DNA of 43,347 bases from a virus: positions 1 to 43,347 of IMG/VR virus record IMGVR_UViG_3300022231_000013; one strand, written 5' to 3'. This document shows, piece by piece, positions 25,115 to 33,869 of this stretch (its first letter is position 1; the number at the start of each line of letters is the position of its first letter). The notes under the pieces are model-generated. The model was not told the origin of the DNA and did not search any database. It saw only the letters and a program-made list of their open reading frames with translations. Position numbers and translations under genes: made by a program.

Positions 25115-25828
25115 TCAAATCTGAGCCAACTTGGCCCTTACTTCTTCGCGCATTTTGTCGCCGCAGGCTTTTGCACCAACGACGGACGGGGCGAAGGCCA
25201 GACGTGTGAAATCCCACTTACCCCGTTGCGCAATACCGAGGTTCGTCTGTACTTCCGCATGCGACAACACGGTCTTGTCGGTGACCGGGATGCCGTACGC
25301 CTTGCATATTTCAGCAACAGCGGTGGTCATAGCATTCCACTGCGCTTCGGTCATTGGAAAATTGCCCGCCTTGAACGGTTTTTCGACCGCCCCTGCCATA
25401 CAACACATCGAAACACCGACGCTCTTTGTGTTGCAGTTAAGTGTATGGGCGGCATAGTCGCCGTCCTTGGTGTTGACATTCGCGGTGATCGGGTGAAGGC
25501 CGCGAACTGCCTTACCAGACCCCTCAAGGATCACGTGATAGTGTTCCTTGTCAAGCGAAGACGCTGTGTAAGACCCCGCCGTCCAGTGGACGATAACACG
25601 GTCCATATCACACTTCGGGAGCCATTCCGGGGGCAGCAGGCGGGTGGCGCTGCCGCCCACTGTGCCGGTGGTCACGCGGTCCGGAACAGCCTCATGGCGC
25701 AGATAGGACTCAATGAGGGCAGTAAACCCCTTTTCGGTCTTGCCGCCCGCGAGGCCATCGACGAGGCCGTCGTAAAGTCCAAGCGCCGAAAGGCGGCGCT
25801 GGATAGTTTTAATGAACTCCTTAGACAT
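25115..25828 (-). CDS. endolysin: peptidoglycan-binding domain plus N-acetylmuramoyl-L-alanine amidase (237 aa)
   Basis: N-terminal LSALGLYDGLVDGLAGGKTEKGF (PG_binding_1-like). Amidase_2-like VIVHWTAGSY...HYHVILEGSGK...AAHTLNCNTKSVGVSM. Confidence 0.8.
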   Translation of the reverse strand: MSKEFIKTIQRRLSALGLYDGLVDGLAGGKTEKGFTALIESYLRHEAVPDRVTTGTVGGSATRLLPPEWLPKCDMDRVIVHWTAGSYTASSLDKEHYHVILEGSGKAVRGLHPITANVNTKDGDYAAHTLNCNTKSVGVSMCCMAGAVEKPFKAGNFPMTEAQWNAMTTAVAEICKAYGIPVTDKTVLSHAEVQTNLGIAQRGKWDFTRLAFAPSVVGAKACGDKMREEVRAKLAQI

Positions 25829-26154
25829 CAGGAAGACACCACGTTGATGGTCGTCGCCTTAGTCTGCGTCGACGCATACTGGTTGGTTTCGAGGATGGTG
25901 ACGGGATAGGTCCCGGCAGCGATGGGACCATCCGGGCCGACGACAAGGTTGCTGCCGGAAATGGCGAAGCGGCCCTTCTCGTAAGGCAGCGAAAGCGCGC
26001 CGCCAGTGGACTTGCCGTTGATTGCGCCGATCACGGTTCCCGCAGCAGCGGCATCGTCAACGACAGCGGCGCTCAGGGTGAGCGCGGCGAGGACGGCGAT
26101 TTCCGACTGGTCCGTGTCATAAACCGTCATATAAGTGGGGGCAAACTGTGCCAT
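25828..26154 (-). CDS. small head-associated (decoration-like) protein (108 aa)
   Basis: ATG at 26154 (MAQFAPTYMTVYD...). The upstream part of the track ORF overlaps the capsid gene and is Arg-rich. Confidence 0.55.
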   Translation of the reverse strand: MAQFAPTYMTVYDTDQSEIAVLAALTLSAAVVDDAAAAGTVIGAINGKSTGGALSLPYEKGRFAISGSNLVVGPDGPIAAGTYPVTILETNQYASTQTKATTINVVSS

Positions 26155-26181
26155 GGTGAAATATCCTCTTGATAGCGATAA

Positions 26182-26207
26182 GGGGGCGGGCCGTTGGACC
26201 CACCCCC
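26182..26207 (-). terminator. hairpin after the capsid gene (attenuator candidate)
   Basis: On the minus-strand RNA, GGGGGUGGG pairs with CCCGCCCCC (one G-U) and is followed by UUAUCGCUAUC. Confidence 0.35.
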
Positions 26208-26231
26208 GCTTCGTCCCCGGTAAACTTGCGC

Positions 26232-27227
26232 TTACTGGCCGATAACAGCGCCCTGCTTGACGCCGTTGAAGAGGATGTGGGCCATCGGGTTGCGCATTTC
26301 GACGCCCCATTCGGCCAGGATCATCCGGGTTTCGGCATCACCGATCTTCGCCAGCGGAACCTGACGGAAGTTGCGGAAGAACGCCACGGCGACGTAGGCC
26401 GGGTCAATCAGAAGCGCGATGTCGGACGGCAACCAGCGCGACGGAATGACCTTGATGCGGCCGAAATCCGTGGCGATGATGTCGACCGTGGCGACGACTT
26501 CGGTCCGACCGACCTGAACCTGCGTGCTGTCACGGCCCTTGAAGGTCGAAACCGTCCGCTTGATCGCCGTCGGAACGATCATAAGGTTCGGAGAGGCGCC
26601 ATTGGTGTAGGCACGCTCCATTGCATCGCCGACCATCTTCTCCGTGAAGGCGAGCTGATCGCCGCCAGCCGGTCCGGTGAAAGCGCCGGTTGCCGTGGTC
26701 GGAATGCCCGCCGCGACGTAGCCGACGACCGCCTGGCCCTGCACGTTGAAACGGTCACGACCGCGTGCGATGAAGTGCGGGATGGACTCGGTCTTGCGTG
26801 CCGTGCTGTCGTCGCCGTCGTTCCGGGCCTGACGGGAGCACATGATGGCTTCCATGTCAGACTTGAGGACCTTCGACTTCATCGCCATCTGGTGGCCCAT
26901 TTCCGAGCCCTTGCCGGCCGGATCGGAGGCTTCCTGCGAGCCGGTGACGGTCGCATCGCGCTTCGAAATCTGGGTCACGTTGGACAGGCGAATGGTCGGC
27001 TGCGATGCGGTGCGCTCCAGCTCGAAACCTTCAACCTGAGCGTTGTTGGTGTCGACGGTGGGCAGGTTTTCGGTCTGCCAGTCGAACTGGCGGGCCTTCG
27101 CATTGCGGCGACGAGCCGCCGACATCACAGGGGTGTCGAACGGGTCGATGTTGTAGATGGCGTTGGAAAGGTCTTCCCGGTTCGCCTGTGCGTCGTAGGT
27201 GCTGTAAGCCTGAGCCACTTTGGCCAT
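26232..27227 (-). CDS. major capsid protein (331 aa), SU10/HK97-fold type
   Basis: N-terminus MAKVAQAYSTYDAQANREDLSNAIYNIDPFDTPVMS...QFDWQTENL...EGFE matches the pattern of SU10-type coat proteins. Position follows the scaffold gene. Confidence 0.8.
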   Translation of the reverse strand: MAKVAQAYSTYDAQANREDLSNAIYNIDPFDTPVMSAARRRNAKARQFDWQTENLPTVDTNNAQVEGFELERTASQPTIRLSNVTQISKRDATVTGSQEASDPAGKGSEMGHQMAMKSKVLKSDMEAIMCSRQARNDGDDSTARKTESIPHFIARGRDRFNVQGQAVVGYVAAGIPTTATGAFTGPAGGDQLAFTEKMVGDAMERAYTNGASPNLMIVPTAIKRTVSTFKGRDSTQVQVGRTEVVATVDIIATDFGRIKVIPSRWLPSDIALLIDPAYVAVAFFRNFRQVPLAKIGDAETRMILAEWGVEMRNPMAHILFNGVKQGAVIGQ

Positions 27228-27229
27228 GA

Positions 27230-28321
27230 CTATCTCCGTTTGCTGATCATTCCGGTGAACACGGCGGCTGCGTCTTCGACGGAACCGGTACGTGCGAGTT
27301 GCCTCATTGCACCCTTTTCAGCTTTCGGAGCCGCTCGGCCTTTGCCGTTTGCCGCACCTTTCTGTATGGGCTTGACCCCCGCTTTGCGAACAGGCTGGGG
27401 TTTGTTGCCCTGCAGCTTGTCCCATTTTGCGGCCTTGAGCAGGATGGTTACCTGCCGGGAGTCGGAAATGGCCGACACTTCCTCGACGCTGTATCCGGCA
27501 TCCGTCGCCGTCTTGAGCATCATGGACTGATCCCGATTCATCACCTCGGGGTTTTTCCACGTGGGATTGTTGCGGAAAATTTTCGCATTTTCGCGCTCGA
27601 CGTAAGCCCGGCGTTCTTCCGCCTCTTCGCGAGCAGTCTTCTCTTCTTCGGCCTTTTTCTCCTTGTCGAGATTGACCTGAATATCGCGGAGACCTTTATA
27701 CTTGGCCTCCAACTCCCGCGCCGACTTCGGGTCCTCAGCGTATAGCTTGTCCCAATCGACACTTTCGGGAAGAAGCGCCGAAATGGACTTCTTCATGTGG
27801 TCGATGAGACCGATGTACTCGTCGCGCTTTTTGACGACATCCTTGCTGGTTTCACCGACGGCCTGAGCAGCCTGATTGAGCTGGTTCAGACGACGATGAA
27901 AAGTCTCGGTCCGCATGTAGCCCTCAAGCGCTTCGCGCAAGGGAACTTCGACGCGTTCACCGTCGACCATAACTTCGTAGATTTCGTCTTCGTCGACTTC
28001 TTCATCTTTGTCGGGGTCGTCTTCGTCGACTTCTTCGTCATCCGCGTCGTCTTCGGCAGTTTCATCCTCCGAAAACTCGTCGGTGTCCTCAACCTGCTGG
28101 CGATCGGCCTTGCGACGGCGAGGTTCTTCAACTTCACCATCGACGCGTTCGTCATCCCCGCCGCCACGAGCGGGGCTTTCTTCGTCGACTTCCAAGCCGC
28201 CGAGGTTGTCGAATACACTTTCCGTGGGGCGAGAGGCAGGCGAGCTGGATTCGCGCGAAGACGAGTTACCAGAAATTGCCGAGTCGAAGGCCAGTGCAGC
28301 TTGTTCGAGAGCGTCGCTCAT
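27230..28321 (-). CDS. scaffolding protein (363 aa)
   Basis: Highly acidic, helical, repeat-containing protein (DDEEVDEDDPDKDEEVDEDE) between the portal and capsid genes. Confidence 0.7.
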   Translation of the reverse strand: MSDALEQAALAFDSAISGNSSSRESSSPASRPTESVFDNLGGLEVDEESPARGGGDDERVDGEVEEPRRRKADRQQVEDTDEFSEDETAEDDADDEEVDEDDPDKDEEVDEDEIYEVMVDGERVEVPLREALEGYMRTETFHRRLNQLNQAAQAVGETSKDVVKKRDEYIGLIDHMKKSISALLPESVDWDKLYAEDPKSARELEAKYKGLRDIQVNLDKEKKAEEEKTAREEAEERRAYVERENAKIFRNNPTWKNPEVMNRDQSMMLKTATDAGYSVEEVSAISDSRQVTILLKAAKWDKLQGNKPQPVRKAGVKPIQKGAANGKGRAAPKAEKGAMRQLARTGSVEDAAAVFTGMISKRR

Positions 28322-28322
28322 T

Positions 28323-28568
28323 CTAATTTCCTTTTTTCCGTAACATGAGTTGGTCGTTGACTACGGACTGCAAGCTGTTACGGATGTCTTCGAGTGCCTT
28401 AATTCTAGCATGCGCCGTAGCCGCTGTCAATCCCCCTACCTCAGCCTGAATAAGCTGCTGTAGGTATTCCTGCTGCAAGTTCTCGAATATGGTCTTCACC
28501 ACATCCGAGTTTATGAAAGATCGGGCCTCCGCGGCCCTTTCTTCAATTTGGTACGCATCGTATTTCAT
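28323..28568 (-). CDS. hypothetical head-module protein (81 aa)
   Basis: ATGA overlap with the portal stop. Confidence 0.55.
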   Translation of the reverse strand: MKYDAYQIEERAAEARSFINSDVVKTIFENLQQEYLQQLIQAEVGGLTAATAHARIKALEDIRNSLQSVVNDQLMLRKKGN

Positions 28569-30661
28569 CGCGCAGATACCCCGCTTTCAGCCACTTCGGC
28601 GGATTTCTGAATGTCCCCGATGATCTTCGTAAGATCGACGAGAGTTTTGAGACCAAGCTGATCCCGTTTGAAAGCATCGTCGATGGCTACCTTACGCTCT
28701 TCGAGATTCATCTTCGCCTGCGCAACGACGACGTCCTTCTTGACCTTTTCCAGCTCAGCGGTAGCGATCTTGTCCTCCGGCGACGGTTCCCTCGGACCGG
28801 ACAGCGACTGCATAATTTCCGGGGTAACCCTGGTGAAGTACCGGCTGGTCTCCTTGATGTTGACCATCGAAAGCATGTCGGTGATGGTATTCTGGTATTG
28901 TTCCAGCGTCACAAGCGGATTGACAAGACCCATGTTCTCGATGACGTCGCGCTGCGACTGTTGAACCATCTGCAGGGCCATCATCCGAGTGGTGTCGGTG
29001 CCTTTCCCGAGGCTCGGATTAACGCGAACACGCATCGTGTCATCGAAAAGGGTCTGATCGATTGTAACCCATTCACCGCGAAGCTCGTAAGTGCGAGCCG
29101 GGTTGGGGTTGGCGACCACTTCGCGAAGCAGACCCTTCATCAAGTCCTTGAAACCGGTCTCCGCGAGGATGCGAGCGATAAGCTCGATACGCTCCTGCGC
29201 TCCGGTTACAATAGCTTCAATGCCCGCGAGGTTGGTGGACTGCAAGGCAGAAGGGTCAACACCCTTGGAGGCTTCGGAAATGCCCGTCCGGCTCTGTCGA
29301 ACCAAGTCGAGCTGCGCCATCATGGCGAACACAGACTCGCCGACGAAGCTCGACCGCATTTCCTGAACCGTCGACGCCGGATCGCCCTTCGTACGAATGA
29401 TTCGGCCAACGCCGTCAGCAATCGTATCTTCGATGTTAACGAGAGTTTCGTTAACGACGAGGTCCGGGGACATGTGCTGTGCGAGCGAGTCGATCGCGCC
29501 GCGCATCAGGAAGGTTTTGATCTTCTGAATGTCCTTGGTAAGGTCAGCCAGTGCGTCACCGATGACTGTATGCGGGCGCGGGTCACCGCAGAATACCACC
29601 AGCTGCGGGTAGTCGACGATTTCGTCCGATATGATATCGTAGTTGTCGCCGAGCGTGCAGATCAGATGAAGTTCGTCGATACCATCGCCGTCGCTATCGA
29701 TGCGAATGAAGTATTCACCGTATTCAACGAGGTCCCGGTCGATTACGGAAGTGTCGATACCGGGGTTTCGGATCATCCGCTCAACTTTGAAGTAGTCGTA
29801 AGACCCGGTGTACTGGTCGACGAGTTCTTTCGCGTAACCTTTGGCAACCACGTCGGACGCCGAAACAAGGACGCTGGAGCCAACAAGCTGCGCTTTTTCG
29901 ACGCAAGTGGCATGACGACTGATCCGGAAGTCTTCCGGAGCCACCGGCTCAATGAACTGCGACGGAACGGAGGATTTGAAACGCAGCTTGACGTACAGGA
30001 TGTGTTCCGGAATTTCCGGATGGACCTGCTGCTCGATCACTTCGACGCTGGCACCAGCCGGGAACCCTTCTTCGTACTTCATCACCATCATCTGCAACTG
30101 CTGAGCGGTGATGTTCCGAAATTCCTTGACACGCATTTCGGTGTTGTCGGTCGTGCCGAATTTCAGAATGCCCACTTTCTGCGTCAGCGTGTCTTTGAAT
30201 ACGTTGTGAAGAAGCAGAAAGCCGCCGCACTCTTCCCAGAAAGTGTACAGGATGTCGTCGGTGGCCTGTTTAGCCATCTGCGCCATGTCTTCGCTGCGGG
30301 GAACGAAGTTGGCGATGTTCTCGGATGACGTGAAGATGCGGATCAGCGAAGGCAACACCGAAAGGACAGTGTCGCGAACGTCGGTAGAAACGATATCCGA
30401 CTTGTTCGGCGAAGAGCTTTCTTCGGTATCGGCGCGGCTGTCGTACACCTGCAACTCGTAAGCGTCGACACCCGGCGAAATGCCGTAGTAATATTCCATG
30501 TTTTCTTCGCGCTCAGGGGACAAATCCGACTGATCGAAGTCAGCAGCGTCAGCGATGAGCGCCCGAATTTTTGCTTCGTAGTTGTCCACGAACTCATTTG
30601 TTGCAGAGTTCAGCGGGTTTTCGTTGCCGAGAGAACCAATGTTTGCAAAGATCGATTCCAT
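28565..30661 (-). CDS. portal protein (698 aa)
   Basis: Size and position immediately downstream of terL; typical portal composition; function inferred from synteny. Confidence 0.75.
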   Translation of the reverse strand: MESIFANIGSLGNENPLNSATNEFVDNYEAKIRALIADAADFDQSDLSPEREENMEYYYGISPGVDAYELQVYDSRADTEESSSPNKSDIVSTDVRDTVLSVLPSLIRIFTSSENIANFVPRSEDMAQMAKQATDDILYTFWEECGGFLLLHNVFKDTLTQKVGILKFGTTDNTEMRVKEFRNITAQQLQMMVMKYEEGFPAGASVEVIEQQVHPEIPEHILYVKLRFKSSVPSQFIEPVAPEDFRISRHATCVEKAQLVGSSVLVSASDVVAKGYAKELVDQYTGSYDYFKVERMIRNPGIDTSVIDRDLVEYGEYFIRIDSDGDGIDELHLICTLGDNYDIISDEIVDYPQLVVFCGDPRPHTVIGDALADLTKDIQKIKTFLMRGAIDSLAQHMSPDLVVNETLVNIEDTIADGVGRIIRTKGDPASTVQEMRSSFVGESVFAMMAQLDLVRQSRTGISEASKGVDPSALQSTNLAGIEAIVTGAQERIELIARILAETGFKDLMKGLLREVVANPNPARTYELRGEWVTIDQTLFDDTMRVRVNPSLGKGTDTTRMMALQMVQQSQRDVIENMGLVNPLVTLEQYQNTITDMLSMVNIKETSRYFTRVTPEIMQSLSGPREPSPEDKIATAELEKVKKDVVVAQAKMNLEERKVAIDDAFKRDQLGLKTLVDLTKIIGDIQKSAEVAESGVSAR

Positions 30662-30663
30662 TG

Positions 30664-32019
30664 TTAATATCCCCTGATCCGGCGACGAAGGCCACCTCGG
30701 CCCGAGCGCGACATTGAAACTACATTGCCTGCGGAAGAAACAGACTTGATGAGATTGAGACCCACGGCGAGCGCGCGGAATGCGTCAGCGGCGTGCGAGG
30801 CCCAATTGTGAACCGGCTTCCCGGCTTTGCTTTTGTGGTAGTTCTTAAGAGCGGACCGACCAAACTCCGTAAGGGTTTCGTCGAAGTAGCACAAGTTCAA
30901 CACCGACCGCACAGCTTCGATGCCGTCCTCGACGCGGTGCATCGGGACGATGTATATGTCGTCAAGCAGCGATGACAAAATTTCGTAGCGGGATTTGCCC
31001 GTTCCGAGTTCGCGAGCTTTGATATCGTGCGGAAGTAGGTGGCCACCAAAATTGTAGCCGTGTTCCTTCATATCGCGGACGACGTCTGCGAGGCCTTTCC
31101 CAGTCCATTCCTGTTCGCGGATGACGTGGATGGCCTTCCCGACAATCTGGAAATACCAAATTACCAGCGCGTCGTCGATGCCGAGGTCCCAAGCAGTGAA
31201 GACGCCAGTATTCGGGTCATACGGAACGCGTGTAATTTGGTTCCGCAGCTGAATGTTGTTCATTGTTTCGCCGAAATAAGACCCCTCAATCGGCGCGTCA
31301 AAGCTGCAGAGCATTTCGCGGGCGTACTCTTCCGGCGTCATATCCTGCGTCATTTCGATAACTTCGTCCGGATGCAGCGCATCCGTCTTGGTTACCGGGA
31401 TTTCGAAGATATCCCACGAGTCGTTGTTAATATTTTTATTTCGCAAAGCAGCAAAGTGATCATCGCCGTTAGAAGTACCGGAGATGATTGCCCAACCGCG
31501 ATAGTCAGCAAGACATGGTCGAACGACAGTAGAGAATACGGCAGGATGAAGGAGGGGGAATTCATCCAGCATAATACCATCAAAATAGAGGCCACGCATA
31601 CGCTCGTAAGCAGCGGCACCGCCATAGAGGCGAATAGAAGCCCCGGTAGGAAGGACACACATAAGGTCGCCTTCAAGAAAGCGGACACCGGGTATTCCTC
31701 CTGCGAAATGCTTCAAGTACCCCCAAATGAGGTCCTTGGTCTGATCGAACGACGGGCCGACATAAGCATATCGCGGCGGCGGGTCTTGGCGGGTGTTCTC
31801 CATCGCCCGCTTGATCATTTCGTTGATCGCGGCGACTGATTTTCCCGCGCGGCGATGCGCCACCACAAATTTCCAACGTCGCTTCGAACTGTGAAGCGGC
31901 TTGAAGTGTTCGCGAGGCGTGTAAGGGATTACGATTTTTTGGACTTCGGTGTCCTGTACTTCGGCGACGTCCACGCTACTCACCCCACCACACCTCCGGC
32001 TCTTTGTTACCCTTAGCAT
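30664..32019 (-). CDS. terL: terminase large subunit (451 aa from ATG 32019; alternative GTG start at 31974)
   Basis: Walker A VVAHRRAGKS. Terminase_6-like order of ATPase and nuclease halves. The ATG at 32019 overlaps the HNH gene by 44 nt; the GTG at 31974 lies 1 nt after the HNH stop. Confidence 0.85.
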   Translation of the reverse strand: MLRVTKSRRCGGVSSVDVAEVQDTEVQKIVIPYTPREHFKPLHSSKRRWKFVVAHRRAGKSVAAINEMIKRAMENTRQDPPPRYAYVGPSFDQTKDLIWGYLKHFAGGIPGVRFLEGDLMCVLPTGASIRLYGGAAAYERMRGLYFDGIMLDEFPLLHPAVFSTVVRPCLADYRGWAIISGTSNGDDHFAALRNKNINNDSWDIFEIPVTKTDALHPDEVIEMTQDMTPEEYAREMLCSFDAPIEGSYFGETMNNIQLRNQITRVPYDPNTGVFTAWDLGIDDALVIWYFQIVGKAIHVIREQEWTGKGLADVVRDMKEHGYNFGGHLLPHDIKARELGTGKSRYEILSSLLDDIYIVPMHRVEDGIEAVRSVLNLCYFDETLTEFGRSALKNYHKSKAGKPVHNWASHAADAFRALAVGLNLIKSVSSAGNVVSMSRSGRGGLRRRIRGY

Positions 32020-32404
32020 CGTTATCCGCTTGAGTAATAACTTGAAGGTTGGACGGTACGTGGAGGCCACAAGAGTATTTGCCGTTTAAAGGCCAATAGT
32101 GGTCAACCACGTGGGGAACTCCAGTGCTTTCTGTTTTACCTCGGGCCTCAGCGTAAATACAATTCATTGCTGCATAGTCTGTGTCCGAATTAATCGTGGA
32201 CGCATATTTAATATTCCCTTGACGCTTGCGTGTGTACTCAGCGCGCTTGGCTTTGTTAGCTTCGTAATAAGCTTTATTGTAGGCGGATAGTTCGTCCTTC
32301 ATCGTCATACGACGAATTCTGCGCTCCACAGCGATGCGTTCCTTGTTGGCTTGATACCAATTATCGCGATATTCCTTGCTGCCGAACTTACCCATCGTGT
32401 TCAA
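31976..32404 (-). CDS. HNH endonuclease (142 aa) inserted between terS and terL
   Basis: VDHYWPLNGKYSCGLHVPSNLQVITQADNDAKGNK (H-N-N/H motif); visibly A/T-rich codons. Confidence 0.8.
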   Translation of the reverse strand: MNTMGKFGSKEYRDNWYQANKERIAVERRIRRMTMKDELSAYNKAYYEANKAKRAEYTRKRQGNIKYASTINSDTDYAAMNCIYAEARGKTESTGVPHVVDHYWPLNGKYSCGLHVPSNLQVITQADNDAKGNKEPEVWWGE

Positions 32405-32849
32405 TCACCGGTCCGTTGTCCGGCTGGAACGTCGTACCGTCGCCCCAAGCCAAAGAAATCGTGGCACCCTTTTGGTTGTTGATGGTGACTTTCGGCGCAC
32501 CCGTTCCGTAGCCCCGGTTCTTGCCTGGGCCAGTCAGAACAAACCGTGCCATTGCGTCTTGGCGACCTGTGTCGGCGGTGTCAGCCAGCGCTTCGTACAC
32601 AACATCCTCAGCCATATCGATGAGCTGTTCCCGAGCTTCATCAGCCTCCGCCGAAAGGTAGGGGGACTTCTTGATGAAATTCCGGAGACGGGCAGAGCTT
32701 ATTTTGAGCCGCTTGGCCGCTTCGGTAACATTGCCGCGCGACTGCCACAACGCCGTGCGGCATTCCTCGATGTCCAGCGGCAGGCTGTCAGGCCGCATGT
32801 TATACGGCATGGTAGGCAGCGGAACAAGGTCGTGGGGCAAAGAAGACAT
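32388..32849 (-). CDS. terS: terminase small subunit (153 aa)
   Basis: HTH-like RGNVTEAAKRLKISSARLRNFIKK; first gene of the late operon, upstream of terL. Confidence 0.65.
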   Translation of the reverse strand: MSSLPHDLVPLPTMPYNMRPDSLPLDIEECRTALWQSRGNVTEAAKRLKISSARLRNFIKKSPYLSAEADEAREQLIDMAEDVVYEALADTADTGRQDAMARFVLTGPGKNRGYGTGAPKVTINNQKGATISLAWGDGTTFQPDNGPVIEHDG

Positions 32850-32883
32850 TTAGTGTCCGAATACAACAGTGCCGGAAGTGTGG

Positions 32884-32912
32884 CTAGTGTACCACGCCTT
32901 CCGGCACGTGTC
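32884..32912 (-). promoter_or_regulatory. sigma70-type promoter of the packaging/structural operon
   Basis: Minus strand reads TTGACA (32912-32907), 17 nt, TACACT (32889-32884). It is embedded in a 10-bp dyad, 32867-32876 / 32896-32905. Confidence 0.6.
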
Positions 32913-32930
32913 AAGTGGGCCTGGAACGGA

Positions 32931-33344
32931 TTAGTCGATTTCGCGTGCGAGGTTCCGCAGGTCGCCGAAAGTGAGCTGGATGCCAGCGGCGCCCCAAACG
33001 ACGTGTTCGTCGGGGGTGTCTTCGGGAACAGCCTTCAGGATGCGGAACAGCTTGTTCACCGAGTCGCGCGTCGGACGCGTCGTGGCCGGGTCGCGTTCGT
33101 CCTTGCCGTCGAGGATCGTTTCGAGCTCGGCTTCTTCCTCGCGGGAAATTTCCGGGGCCGGATCGGGCTTGTCTTCGGTGGCCGGCTTCGCATCCGGATC
33201 GGGCTTCGGCGCGGCTGCGCCGCCGACTGACGTCTTCGACTGATTGCCGAGGCTTGCATCGTTCTGCGCGTCGGTGTTCTTGGTCGCTCCGGGCGTTGCA
33301 GCGGTCGTCGGGGAACCCGTCGGTTTCTTTTCTTCGGTTGCCAT
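32931..33344 (-). CDS. hypothetical protein (137 aa), disordered Pro/Ala/Thr/Asp-rich N-half
   Basis: ORF track; has its own upstream promoter. Confidence 0.6.
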   Translation of the reverse strand: MATEEKKPTGSPTTAATPGATKNTDAQNDASLGNQSKTSVGGAAAPKPDPDAKPATEDKPDPAPEISREEEAELETILDGKDERDPATTRPTRDSVNKLFRILKAVPEDTPDEHVVWGAAGIQLTFGDLRNLAREID

Positions 33345-33378
33345 GTCAGTGTCTCCTTGTCGTTAGCTGACATTTTAC

Positions 33379-33407
33379 ATTATAACGTACGCCCGCGCGG
33401 GCGTCAA
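33379..33407 (-). promoter_or_regulatory. sigma70-type promoter
   Basis: Minus strand reads TTGACG (33407-33402), 17 nt containing the palindrome ACGCCCGCGCGGGCGT, then TATAAT (33384-33379). Confidence 0.6.
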
Positions 33408-33446
33408 GTATGCTTACAACGCCGCACGAATGATCCGAAACTAAAG

Positions 33447-33869
33447 TTAGAGTGCAGCTCGGATAGCTGCGTCTTTGCTCTCCAGCAGTTTCCGAAGAGC
33501 CACGGTGCGTTCCGCACTGCGCGGCGACGTGTCGATGATGCGGCGAGCCAATTCGTAGAACGGACGGCTGCGCTCCTGCAGTTTCGCAGGCAGATGCGAA
33601 TAGTGGAAGAAGCGCAGAACCTGATCCTGTGCAATTTCTTCGTCGCTGAACTCCACCGGAGCGGGATGCAACGCGCTCACTTTGGTTACCACCAGTGTTT
33701 CGCCGCCATCCTGCAGGAACACTTTCACGTCGCCGGACAGTTCATCCGATTTCACCATACTCCGAAAATCGGCGGTGTCAGTAACCGAGGAAGTCTCGAA
33801 GGTGCTGAAATGCTGTTCGCGGACGTTCAGGTCCTGCTTGAAAGTTTTGTACGCTTTTACGAGGGACAT
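33447..33869 (-). CDS. hypothetical protein (140 aa) with Acb2-like C-terminal helical-hairpin pattern
   Basis: RBS GGAGAAG. C-terminus FFHYSHLPAKLQERSRPFYELARRIIDTSPRSAERTVALRKLLESKDAAIRAAL. Confidence 0.6.
   Translation of the reverse strand: MSLVKAYKTFKQDLNVREQHFSTFETSSVTDTADFRSMVKSDELSGDVKVFLQDGGETLVVTKVSALHPAPVEFSDEEIAQDQVLRFFHYSHLPAKLQERSRPFYELARRIIDTSPRSAERTVALRKLLESKDAAIRAAL

Noticed and set aside
26169-27530. 453-aa plus-strand ORF
   Set aside because: It lies antisense to the capsid and scaffold genes, which have recognisable features. It is Arg/Gly-rich.
27990-28060. Near-tandem GTCTTCGTCGACTTCTTC repeats
   Set aside because: They are an internal duplication encoding the acidic DEEVDED repeats of the scaffold protein, not an independent element.
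28898-30328. 476-aa plus-strand ORF
   Set aside because: It lies antisense to the portal gene. It has the same high-GC shadow-ORF composition and no expression signals.
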